Assembly: GCF_009914755.1 (NCBI RefSeq)
Contig: NC_060931.1
Source: the human T2T-CHM13v2.0 reference genome, Homo sapiens
Strand: one strand, 5' to 3'
Length of the DNA: 64,000 nucleotides
The notes below the pieces were generated by a model. The model was not told the origin of the DNA and did no database searches. It saw only the letters and a list, made by a program, of their open reading frames with translations. Position numbers and translations under genes: made by a program. The stretch's first letter is position 1; every line of letters begins with the position of its first letter. Positions 40,711 to 52,854 of the stretch are shown here, piece after piece.

Positions 40711-42379
40711 CAAGTGTTATCAGGAAGGAATTCCTCTTATGAGTTTCAGATTTGGCTCAGATCAAATAAAAAGGCAAACATTACTGGGAAAATTGCCATT
40801 TGTCAACTGTTCCATGTCATATCATGTGGTAATACAGTTCTTTAAACACCAAATGTCAGAATACTGACACTATACTGTACAAACTAAAACAAGTACAAAA
40901 TTGAGCATAAATAACCCAAAAATACTGGCAGCTGTGCATTTGTAAACGAGTGGTGTTTGTGATGACTAATATTTTCTTTCTGTGGTTATAACACACTGCG
41001 TTTATTTTCTATAGGACACCCCTGGGGAAAGGGGGCAGAAAACACATGAGAGACAAGTTATTTTTAAAGTTGACAACAACAAAAAGATTTTAAATCTTTG
41101 CTTAATTAAAAAAGGAATAGTACAAGTAGATGACTCACTTCTATCTTTAAAAGCTGAAAATTAAAAATTATGCAATATCCTAAAAGTATAAAGACTGATT
41201 CAAATGTTACTTCACATAATAATCTTCAAATATATCTCAAAACTCACCTATCTAGACTATTTGTTCCTATAACTGAATTGTACTTTAAGTGCAAAATATA
41301 AGCAAATAAAGAGAAGGGCATTTATTCCATCAAATAGATCCTTATGTTATAATGATAAAACCATGCTTCCCTTTTAACTGATCAAAAAGTTAAAGCATAC
41401 ATTTTTCAAATATTCAAATCTTACCTTTAGAGAAACATTAACATGAATTGTTTCTTCATCCAACTGTGATTCAACATTCCCTAGCCAGTAAGGTACTAAT
41501 TTATGTACAAAAGCAGAGGTTCTGTGTGTTACATTTTATTCAGAAATATAGATGACATTTCCTTTTACTAGGTAGCTTAGAGTGACTAGTTCTTGTCACA
41601 ATGTTGTCATAGTGATAGTGACATCAATGTACTTCATGGTAATCAGTGCGGCGATTTATCTGAGAAAAATAACAGCACCGATTTCTAGTGTATTTTACAT
41701 TTCAAAATGCCATCAAGTATACTATTTAATCTACTACAGGTAAATTGGTTTCTTAAGTAGAGCACCCAGGACTTTAGATGAATTGAGGGCTATATGTATC
41801 TGCGAAATGCGGACAAAAACAGTGTCTGAATGGATGATGGGGGTATTGGTGAACATAGCCAAGAGATCATAATTAACTGGTTGCTAAGGAAGATTTTGCT
41901 CTCAAGTGCCTTTGCCAAATACAAAATCTCCTCAAGTTATGAGCTCAATTTAATTATTTTGTTAAATCCTTTTTAATGTTTTTTGGACTCCAGGAGTGAT
42001 AGAGTGGTGATAGTCCAGAATTCTGGATTCTGTCCTACAGAACATTGACAAAATGCTTTCAGTCATCATCTTTCATGACAAAGGACTGTTACTGAGACTT
42101 CAGATGTTATTCAGTGGTCCAATTACCTCTCGCTCTGGTGCTATGCAGGTTGCCATTACAATAAACAGTAAGAATGACATTAGCAGAGCCTCTCAGAGAT
42201 AGAAAGCTCCAATTTTTAGGTCACCATCATATCAAAAATTAAAAAAAAAGTGTTATAATTTTTTTAATATTTAAATGTTTTTCTATAAACTATTCTAACA
42301 CTAAACTATAATACAAAATAATTGAGCTTTTCAGACAAATGTTTTAAGATTTTTGAAATAATAATTAATAATGAACCAT

Positions 42380-42808
42380 TGTGCTAGGCCATTATTGCAT
42401 TGCTATAAAGAAATACCTGACTGGGTAATCTATAAATAAAAGAGGCTTAATTGGCTCATGGTTCTGCAGGCTTTACAGGAAGTATGGTGCCAACATCTGC
42501 CTGGCTTTGGGGGAGGCCTCAGGAAGCTTAAAATCATGACGGAAGGTAAAGGGGGTACAGACACGTCACATGGCAAAAGCAGGAACAAGTGAGAGAGAGT
42601 ATGGGAAGGAAGGGGCCACACACTTTTAAATGACCAGATCTCATGTAAACTCAGAGTAAAAGCTCCCTTATCACCAAGGGGATGGCACAAGCCATTCATG
42701 AGGCATTCGTCCTCATGATCCAACACCTCCCACCAGGCCCCACCTCCAACAGCAGGTATTACAATTCAACATGAAATTCAGGTGGGAACAAATATTCAAA
42801 CTGCATCA
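42380..42808 (-). mobile_element. MSTA-type MaLR solo LTR
   Basis: TG...CA ends; CATTGCTATAAAGAAATACCTGA, GGAGGCCTCAGGAAGCTT, CCTCCCACCAGGCCCCACCTCCAAC; TSD ACCAT / ATCAT. Confidence 0.93.
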
Positions 42809-43889
42809 ATCATGGATTTTGGTCATATTGGTCCCATGATGACATCTGGAAGAAAGTTACTCCCTGTTCTAGTCTTGGAGGCATATCTCTGACGGCTTGT
42901 GCAGCCTCATTTTGAGAAGACCATTATGTCGTTCATGAATGTGTGAATCTGGCCAGACATCAATTCCTTATCTGTTAAGATAATTTTAACTAATTATAAT
43001 TAAATAAAGGTGTATCAGAGGCTGTCTGGGCAAAGTAACATTATTTTCATAAATATTTTTTGATTTGTGTTAAAACTCTCAGTTTGTAGAAGACAAACCA
43101 CGAGAATGGCAACGTGACTACTTTCAATGAACTATTTGCCTCATTTATCACTCTCACTGGTTGGACTCTGAAAAGTAGCATTGCTCCTTTGTCACCCTTG
43201 TAATTTTACTTTAGAAATAATGACTTAGATATGATCATATATAATAGTCTGCATTGAAAAGGCCATCTTTGAGATGATTAAAAAATCAATGTGTTTATTA
43301 AGGGCTCTATTAAGAAAGGTTTTCATAGAGCTGATTTTGATTCCATACTGTTAATAAAGAATTTTCTTTTTGTACAGGAAATTTTCACAAGCCACAGATT
43401 TGACATATGATGTTTTGAGTATGTATTTTATGCCACACAGTCCCAGACTGTTTTAGTGTGAGCCATTTGAGACAAAAGAGGCAGAAGATGGTGTGGCTAT
43501 TTTGGCTTCTAAGCACCATCTCTTTCTTAGTTGATCTGACACTCCAGTACAGCCTGAATCCCTGCCAGTCTCTCACATTTCCTAAGAACTGATCCTCCTA
43601 CCTTAATGTTTGTTGGGGCTGCCACTGAAGCAGAAAGTTGCAACTGTTTCCAATAGAGTTGAGCCAGAGATGAGGTTCATTGGCAACCATTGCTACTCTG
43701 CTATTACCTACAACTGCTATGAAATCTGAGTCCAGGTCTATTTCAGCCAGACAGGAGGGTTGCTTCCTTATGTTATCAGAGTCCAAGAAGGGACTTCTAG
43801 AGCATAACGTATAAGAACTACTTTCTCTATCTGTCCTTTATTAGGAAAAAGGACCCGACCTTCCCTGAATGCCACTAGGCCAGGGCTAG

Positions 43890-44025
43890 CTTTTCAAATC
43901 CTAACAACCTCAGAAACAGGTATCTGATTTTTATTTTATATGCAAGAAAACAAAGTTCTAATTGCAATGTGCCCAGCCCAATGTCATACAGAATTAGAGA
44001 AGGCTGATTAAACCATGTCTAAGTC
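43890..44025 (-). mobile_element. MIR fragment
   Basis: AATCCTAACAACCTCAGAAACAGGTAT..ATTTTATATGCAAGAAAAC...GTCATACAG. Confidence 0.55.
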
Positions 44026-44822
44026 AGTACATTATTGTAACTAAAAAAAAAGTAGATGAGTAAAGCTCTGAAGTCATAAAGAAAAATCACTTTTTACTCT
44101 CCTATAATACTGTGCCATACAATGTGTAGCCATGTCTGCTTTAAACAGTACAACTTTGTGTGGCTATACTCAAGAGAGACATTTGCTATTGCCATACAGG
44201 AGGCATCAAGGAGTTAATGATTTTTGCATAGCAAAAGAGATCTTGACCTAGGATTCTCAACTCAGAGTGTGCTTTCCTTCTACTCAAACCAAAAGACCTA
44301 CTAGACATCCCTCTATGAGCCTAGCAAAGGATTAAGGGTTTTTTGTTTTGTGTTTTTTGTTTTTTCCTACTATTTCCAAGTTCATACCAGATAACTAAAA
44401 ACAGAGGTAGAATCCTGACTACAAATTCATGCAACTATGCTTAAAGTGAGATTGAAATGGTTATTCCTTGTTATTAAAAGATCTAATACAGAGATTTGAC
44501 CATGTAGTAAAGAATATTACGTGACTTATATAATATTTTTAGCAAATTTAAAAAATTATCATGAAAGAATGGAAAGTTGAGGTCCAGACCTTAAATAAAT
44601 ACCTCCCAGCCCTAGTAGCTTTACTACATTGTTAGTAAGGAGGTATTGAGGGTGAAAAGCAGCACTAAATACATGTTACTAATAGCACATTATATTTTCA
44701 TTTATAGAAATGTATTTATAAACATACTTATACTGTCTAATAAAATGTAATTTTTTTGCATCATTTGTGTTTAGTCATTATCACTTCTTTTACAGTCTCA
44801 CTTTTAAAAGGTTACCATAGAT

Positions 44823-45056
44823 CAGTGCTTCCCAAATACAGATTATTTTGCCCTCCTGGAGACATTTGCAATGTCCAGAGACATTTTTCATTGTCACGAC
44901 TGGGTGAGGTGGAGGGGTGCTGCTGGCGTCTAGTGGCTAGAGGCCATGTTGCTGCCAAACATCTTCCAATACATAGGACATTATGACCCTGACAACAAGG
45001 AATTATACTGTCTCAAATGCCTCAAATATCAACAGTGCCAAAGCTGGAAAACACTG
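44823..45056. mobile_element. MER20 hAT MITE (full length)
   Basis: CAGTG...CACTG ends, GACATTTGCAATGTCCAGAGACATTTTT; 8-bp TSD CCATAGAT / CTATAGAC. Confidence 0.92.
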
Positions 45057-45909
45057 CTATAGACATACACACATACACACACACATACAGGATACATAAA
45101 ACTGAATGATAATCAGGGCCACATTCATTAACTCTAAAGAGCAGATTGGATCATTTGCATCTTATAAGGATGTTAATGTAACAAAGCTTAATCTTAAACA
45201 TGGCATGCGACGCACCATCCTAGTTTTCAGACAATGAAAACTAGGCTACCTCAAAACCAGTACCAGTGTTGAACACTGTTTCTTATAGGTTATATAAGAC
45301 ATATATGGGCATGTAATTTATTGAATCAAAGTGAATATGTCTGGCTGCAATGCATATATAATTGGGAAAGTAACCATCCTTCAATTCAGCAGGCCTTGCC
45401 AGAAAGTCTAATCCCAAAGGATGGACTATTTACATTATGAACAAGCCATATCTGGAGGGCTAACCGTCTTGTGATGAACACGTTTTCAGAGCCATCCAAG
45501 GAAGCCTTCTTGGCTTTGTGAAACAGCATATGCTTGATTTTTCTTTTTTTTTCTTTTTTCCAAACATGTTAAGGAAAACCGTCACCACCCAGAAGAGTAG
45601 AGGTCAAATCTAAGATAATGTGTCATTTCTGGTCTATCATAACAGACACTTTATCTCTGTTTTCTTTAGCTTAAAAAAATGAAAAAAATGTTTCTGCTGT
45701 GTTTTGTGTCTTACTTCCCATAACTTTTTCTCCCAGACTATCTGATCTTACACTTAGGTTAACATATATTCAAATAAAATATCTCTGGTATACTCCATAA
45801 AACTCTTCCTGACAAATAATGCCAGTAGTAAATGAAGGAATTAATAGGCACACATATTCTAGAGAAAACATCTCCAATCGTGCTTCCTGCTATGAAAAAA
45901 AAGGCTCTC

Positions 45910-46089
45910 CAGCACTGGCTAATATCATAGCAACTAGTCATATGTGCCTATTGAGGCTTTGAAATACAGCTAGTCACTAGGATATTAATTTTTAATTTTA
46001 TTTACAAATTAATTTTCGGTTAATTTAAAATTTTAAATGTTTTAATTGTATTTAATTTTGACTAGTAGCTACTGTATTGAAGAACGCAA
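45910..46089. mobile_element. MER3 hAT MITE
   Basis: TAGCAACTAGTCATATGTGCCTATTGAG...CTAGTAGCTACTGTATTG, quasi-palindromic. Confidence 0.8.
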
Positions 46090-46390
46090 TTTAGAATACC
46101 AATGATAAAAAAAAATGAGGCCAGAAGAAACAGATACAATAGATTTGAACAGAAGGAAAAAAATAAACACTGAGACAAAAAAAGAATATTTATGAAAAGT
46201 CAATATCAGTTTAATCTTCCTTTGACATTTGGGTTACATGCCCTTATTAAGGTGGAAATGTCATATTATCAATTTCTGTTTAAATGACATGACTTTTTTT
46301 TATTTGAGGACAATTCTAAGCATTTAGAAAATTTCAGATTTGGGCAGGGCATTCCTGTAATTGCTTTATAGTAAAAGAGGATAAGTTACA

Positions 46391-46767
46391 TGTTTTATGA
46401 GATATAAAGACTTTTTTGATGGTGGGACACAGCACATTGATACTAGGATAGATAAAGGCAGAACTCTGCTATTTACTGCTCGAACCAAGATGTGAATGCC
46501 AGGTAGGGCCAGATAGGAAATTGTATGTAGGAACAGGGTAATGACAATCTATAGCTGTAGGGGCAAGTAGGATGGGTTTAGCTAGTTACATGGGCCCCCT
46601 GCAAATTTGCTGGCTAATAAGTTTGCAGGCTCTGGGCATAAGGGGGTGTATATTGGTCCCAGAGTATAAGAGCCTGATAAGTTGGGGTTGGAGTGTGGAT
46701 GTCATTAACTTCTCAGAAGGGGGAACTGACTGGCCTCTAGCCAGAGACTCAAAACTAGGTTAAGATA
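46391..46767 (-). repeat. 3' LTR of provirus
   Basis: TGTTTTATGAGATATAAAGACTTTTTTGATGG...CTCAAAACTAGGTTAAGATA aligns with 55941-56361. Confidence 0.85.
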
Positions 46768-49030
46768 CCTAGTTGGACCCCTTGTTGTCTTGACATTAGT
46801 GACAAACTCAATTATTAGGGGTATTACAGTGGCCCAAAGAGTAATGGAGACTTTTAAACAGTAGGGTATAAGCTCCCCTAAGCAGTGTACAAAAACATTT
46901 AGTGTAAGAGTAGAAAGGAAGGAAACAAGTAGAAATATAAGGAGTCCTTGCAGGCCATCCTGTTACCAAGTTTCCCATGTATATAGCAAAAAAGTCTGAA
47001 ATTTTGGGGTCTCTAACAGTATCTTGTTGGAGTTATTGTGTTTTCTTTTCACTATTATTGTATATTGAAAGCCCCTTAAGCCAGAGTAGGCTCAGAGACT
47101 TCCAATAAAGTATGTTTGAATTATGAGTTTTATTATGTTTTTGTGGTAATAATAACAGTGTATTTCTCGAATCAAGGTGGCAGGTACAGCAGTTTTGTTG
47201 TTGGAGAATATGAACTGAAAGTTTAATAAGGTGTATGTAAAGGCTAGCAGTATTTGTAACCGAGGGGAGGAGTAGTTGTGGTGGTCATGGTCAGATCAGC
47301 AAGGCAGGAAGTTGCAGTGGCAACCTGGAGGATGCAGGAGGGTAGGAGAAGTTTTCTGAGGAGTGAGAGGTCCAGTCCAAGTATGGACCAGTATGAGGCA
47401 ATAACATACATTAATTTTAGAATGGCACAGAGAGTAGCAACTTCACAAGGTTTCCTTTTAGGAATGGGAGTATAGATAAAGAGCAAGGAACATGCCAGGA
47501 TTCTGCGCTAAGCAAACAGTAAGCTCAGGAAATGTAGTATAAAACCTAATATCAAAAGAAAAAATTAGTAATAAATGTCCAGGGTTCCATTTGAAAGAAC
47601 GTCAGGGGAGGTATCCTGGGAGTGTTGTTGACGTGGCGGTCTTGGTGTTGAGATGAAGTTGTCTTTGGCACAGGGGATGAAGCCATCGCCAATTCTGTGG
47701 TCTCAGGCTGGGTTGACATTGCCTGAGGTGATGTCATCCCCAACAGTGAACTCCTAGGACAGGTCAACGTGATCTGGTCTATGAAACTAGGGTTCCATAG
47801 TAGGTACTTTCATAAGTAGTTACCCACTTGAGTTGTTGTGGGTCTTGTTCACCATATTATGGTAAGACTGAGCCTCTTGAGAAATTTTAAGGCAACCTTG
47901 CACCTGGGAATTTGACTTATACATATCTTTTAAGACAAGGTTTTATGAGTACATAGCTAAGAATGGTGATATTGGCATTTGTGATGTTGTTGTAATTGAA
48001 CCAAAGCCCTGTAACCTGGCTGGCACAATTAAGGCCTTAAGAGTGGCTGAACCAAAAATCCCCCAATAGTCCAAGGTTTTGTCTGGATGGGTGATGGGGA
48101 GGGTTTTGCTGCAAATAGGTTTTAAATGATATGGCCAGATTTGCATGCATGTGGTTAATAGGGTGTCACAATTTTGCCTATTAAAATACCTGTGGTTGAG
48201 CTTGGAGGATCAGCATTAGCCTGTAGGCAAGCCCTCCAATTTAGCCAATGGGCCTTTTGCCTCAGTTGCTGGTTTGGTTGCAGATGAGCAAACCAGGTGA
48301 GTATTTTGTTTGTAGGGCTTCTACTCACCTTGCCAAACTCAATGGAATATGGACCTAAGCATTTGCTGTGGTCAAACAATGGCTAACTTGGAGAGTTTGA
48401 GCCTCTGGGCTGCAAACCAATGGAAGTATCCAGACCTATAGTAGTGAAACCAGTGGTTAACAGAATGGTGTGTAGCTGCACCTGACAGGACTTTGTTATC
48501 TGATGCTGATTTTCCACCAGGACATATTATTGCCAGTGAGGTGTTGTCTGCTTTTGTCATTGTGAGATATGACATTGATTTCACTATTACCTTTGAAAGT
48601 TACTTTTATTTTATTCAGTAAGTGTGGTTTTCTGTCTCTTTTCTTGGTAGTCCACACTGTCTATGGGAATGGCCCTGGAAAACCAATTTTAATTTTTCTA
48701 CAGAGAATCAGAGGGAGAGCCTGAAGTAATCATCCACTTCGTACAATGTAAATATTAAAGAAAGTCAATTGGATGGTGGAAATTTTGACTCAGATGCTTC
48801 CCATAGCACATGGGTAGTGTTCTGGCCTATGGGACAATCAATGGTTAATGGGTTTCAAAGGAGTTTCTGATTAGATATGGTGTATTGCCTTTATGGGGTA
48901 GAAGCAAAATAGAAAATCTAAAAAGATAGGAGGAGACATTAATAAGGGGCCACATATATAATGAGTCTTCATAATAATGGAAATGAGACATTTCCCTCCC
49001 TTTAAATATAGCAGAGGGTGATAAGAAAGC

Positions 49031-50798
49031 TTTTTTTATTTTTTAATTTTTTTAATTACACTTTAAGTTCTGGGATACATGTGCTGAACATGCAGGTTTG
49101 TTACATATGTATACACGTGCCATGGTGGTTTGCTGCATCCATCAACCCGTCATCTACATTAGGTATTTCTCCTAATGTTATCCATCCCCTAGCCCCCATC
49201 CCCCGACAGGCCCCAGTCTGTAGTTTCTCTCCCTATGTCCATGTGTTCTCATTGTTCAACTCCCACTTATAAGTGAGAACATGCAGTGTTTGGTTTTCTG
49301 TTCCTGTGTTAGTTTGCTGAGAATGATGGTTTCCAGCTTCATCCATGTCCCTGCAAAGGATATGAACTCATCCTTTTTTATGGCTGCATAGTATTCCATG
49401 GTGTATATGTGCCACATTTTCTTTATCCAGTCTATCATTGATGGGCATTTGGGTTGGTTCCAAGTCTTTGCTATTGTGAACAGTGCTGCAATAAACATAT
49501 GTGTGCATGTGTCTTTACAGTAGAATGATTTAGAATCCTTTGGGTTTATACCCAGTAATGGGATTGCTAGGTCAAATGGCCACTGTCTTCCACAACTGTT
49601 GAACTAATTTACACTCCCACCAACAGTGTAAAAGCGTTCCTATTTCTCTGCATCCTCTCCAACATCTGTTGTTTCCTGACTTTTTAATGATTGGCATTGT
49701 AGCTGGTGTAAGATGGTATCTCATTGTGGTTTTGATTTGCATTTCTCTAATGACCAGTGATGATGAACTTTTTCTCATATGTTTTTGGCCACATAAATGT
49801 CCTTTTGAGAAGTGTCTGTTCATATCCTTTGCCCACTTTTTGATGGGGTTGTTTGTCTTTTTCTTATAAATTTGTTTAAGTTCCTTACAGATTGTGGATA
49901 TTAGCCCTTTGTCAGATGGAGAGATTATAAAAATTTTCTCCCATTCTATAGGTTGCCTATTCACTCTGATGATAGCTTCTTCTGCTATGCAGAAGTTCTT
50001 TAGTTTAATTAGATCCCGGTTCCTATACACCAATAATAGACAAACAGAGAGCCAAATCATGAGTGAACTCCCATTCACAATTGCTGCAAAGAGAATAAAA
50101 TGCCTAGGAAGACAACTTACAAGGGATGTGAAGGACCTCTTCAAGGAGAGCGACAAAACACTGCTCAAGGAAATAAAAGAGGACACAAACAAATGGAAAA
50201 ACATTCCATGCTCATGGATAGGAAGAATCAATATCATGAAAATGGCCATACTGCCCAAAGTAATATATAGATTCAATGCTATTTCCATCAAGCTATCATT
50301 GACTTTCTTCACAGAATTAGAAAAAACTACTTTAAATCTCATATGGTACCAAAACAGAGCCTGTATAGCCAAGACAATCCTAAGCAAAAAGAACAAAGCT
50401 GGAGGCATCGTGCAACCTGACTTCAAACTATACTACAATGCTACCGTAACCAAAACAGCATGGTACTGGTACCAAAACAGATATATAGACCAGTGAAACA
50501 GAAAAGAGACCTCAGAAATAACACCACACATTGACAACCATCTGATCTTTGAAAACCTGACAAAAACAAGCAATGGGGAAAGGATCCCCTATGTAATAAA
50601 TGGTGTTGGGGAAACTGGCTAGCCATATGTAGAAAACTTAAACTGGACCCCTCCCTTACACCTTATATAAAAATTAACTCAAGATGAATTAAAGACTTAG
50701 ACCTAAGACCTAAAACCGTAAAAACCCTAGAAGAAAACCTAGGCAATACCATTCAGGACATAGGCATGGGCAAAGACTTCATGAGTAAAACACCAAAA
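49031..50798 (-). mobile_element. L1PA7-like element with 5' inversion
   Basis: 49031-50017 is antisense 3' UTR/ORF2 end (TAAGTTCTGGGATACATGTG, CCATCAACCCGTCATCTACATTAGG); 50020-50798 is ORF2 on the plus strand ([22 protein letters not shown]); TSD AAGAAAGCTTTTTT / AAGAAGGTTTGTTT. Confidence 0.93.
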
Positions 50799-51896
50799 GA
50801 AGGTTTGTTTAAAGTGGGTGTGAGTTGGCTGAGGGGCCTTGAGTTGAGAGATATTAATGCCTGGCGCAGGACTGAGATATCCATTTAGGGGTTAATTGGT
50901 TATTTTGCAACTTAAATACAAGTTCTTTGAGGAGCCCATTAGGCCTCACAGTTAAACCAGTTTTCTTGGACATATTTGGGATATGAAAGTTATATTGAAT
51001 GCCTTCTTTGAGAGCCTGGTGTGATTCTGAGAAATGAAATGTGTGCTTTGATTACTACCACTAATGTCTGGAACTCCAAGGGGAAAAAGGAGTGTCCTAG
51101 AAAAGCTTCATATTACAGCCTTAGTATACAGAGAGATATGTGCGATTTTTATTTATATTTTGGATATCTGTGAAGCAAGGGATTCACAGAGTTCTTTATT
51201 CTGAAGGGACAACTCTTAGGCAATGACCAAATAATTTGCGAACATTTGCTTGTGAGGCAATTTGCTGACCAGGGCATCCAGTGCTAAGATGACTACCTGA
51301 AGTCCGGCCAATCATGCTGACCCTGGGGTTCTGTCCTTTTGTCAGGAAGTAAAACAACAAAATTTCAGTGAGTTCTATCACTTACAATGGTGACAGTGCC
51401 ATCCATACAGCCTACAAACTCCCATTGCTGAACACTCAGTTAATCCCAAGGGGCTCTTCATATAGCCAACGGGTTTGAGGGAAAGGTGACTTCATTTAAC
51501 ACCATTGCATCTGTCAAGGAATTGACAGTGGAGACCACCCCTTCCAGGTTAATTATCCAGAGGGACTAGGTTCGGCTCCATATTATATTAAGGAGGCCTC
51601 AGTAGCAGTGCTGAGTTTTTGGGATGCTGCTTTTATGATCCAAGGCATAATGGGCAACTGGTTATGGAGAATCACAGGCTCAGGGTCTGCAAGGGCCTCT
51701 ATTTCCAGGAGGTTCCAGTATGTGGCCAACATTTTTTGCTCTAATGCTATATATAGCACAGGGTCAGGAAGGTCAGTTTCTTGTTTTAAAAGTCCATGGG
51801 CTACCTATGGCCATCATAGGTTGTCCAGAGACTTCAGGAGGCATGAAAGGAGGTTGCTAAATCTTCTATAGTGAATCTATCAAGTGTCTGTCATTC

Positions 51897-52854
51897 TTTT
51901 TTTCCTAAATCAATGATTTTAATAACAAAAAATATACTTCTGAGGGAAAATAACTGAGCTCATTGGTCTGCAGTCCTTCAAACAAAGAAATTTGATTTTT
52001 AGCTGAGAGTAAGTATTAAAGCTGTCGAGATCAATACAATTCAATGACTCTCCATTTTAATGCAAAGATAAACCTCGTTCTTGTTTCCTCTTACGAGGGA
52101 TATTTTACTGAGATGAGAGGCCAAATTTCATTTTTCAGAAGATAGCTTTACTTTGATCTTTATTTTCTTCCTGTCAAGCTCATACACAATAGCATGTCTT
52201 GTGAGAGTTTGTTTCATAGCCAACCTTTTGCCACAGCCAGCATGTTCACACATAAATGGGTGCTTCTCCTTATGAAAAGAAAGAAGACAGCTCTGGAGAT
52301 TAAATACAGTTCTTCTGCAGTCTTCTCTTGGATGTTGACATACATCTCTTTCTGAGGCATGAGTTTTCACAGGTTATCTGAGATAATCTTCACATTTGAA
52401 TGTTTTCTGGCATACATCATGTTATTTCCTTTCTATGGATTTCTCTCTGTCCATGTTTCTGCCACAAAAGAACATCCCTATTGACATATAATTTTCTGAA
52501 GAACCTGCATCTGTCCTCCCAGCCTGGAGGGTGAAACAAAGTGTTTTCCACATCCTTCAAGGTTAAACTTGAATAGGGGTTTATTTTCATGCTGGCACTG
52601 ATGGATTTTCAGCTGCTGATGCTTCTTAAAGGTCTTCTTACATCCTTCAAAATTGCATACATATTGCTTTTGCAGATTTTCATGTTTGCATGCAAAATGT
52701 TTCTTCCAGTTGGATTTTCTGTGGGATTCTTTTTTTTTTTTTTATCACAGCCACTAGCTGCACAAATAAAAGGCTTTTCTCCAATGTGAATCAGGATGTG
52801 GCGATTCAGAAGGTAGCTCCTGATGAAGGCTTTGACACACCCTTTATAGTCACA
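51897..52854 (-). pseudogene. GTF3A (TFIIIA) processed pseudogene, 5'-truncated
   Basis: ORF 52128-52370 ([10 protein letters not shown]...VFNLQS..LSFH...[19 protein letters not shown]) and upstream frames ([46 protein letters not shown]) match TFIIIA fingers 2-9. Intronless; stop at 51999-52001, ATTAAA at 51918-51923, short A tail; internal stops and frameshifts. Confidence 0.95.

Noticed and set aside
49572-50496. 284-aa and 200-aa ORFs as genes
   Set aside because: Entirely L1 ORF2 sense/antisense sequence across an inversion.
52128-52370. 80-aa zinc-finger ORF as a functional gene
   Set aside because: Fragment of a GTF3A retrocopy with a non-ATG start, mutated Zn ligands and flanking stops and frameshifts.
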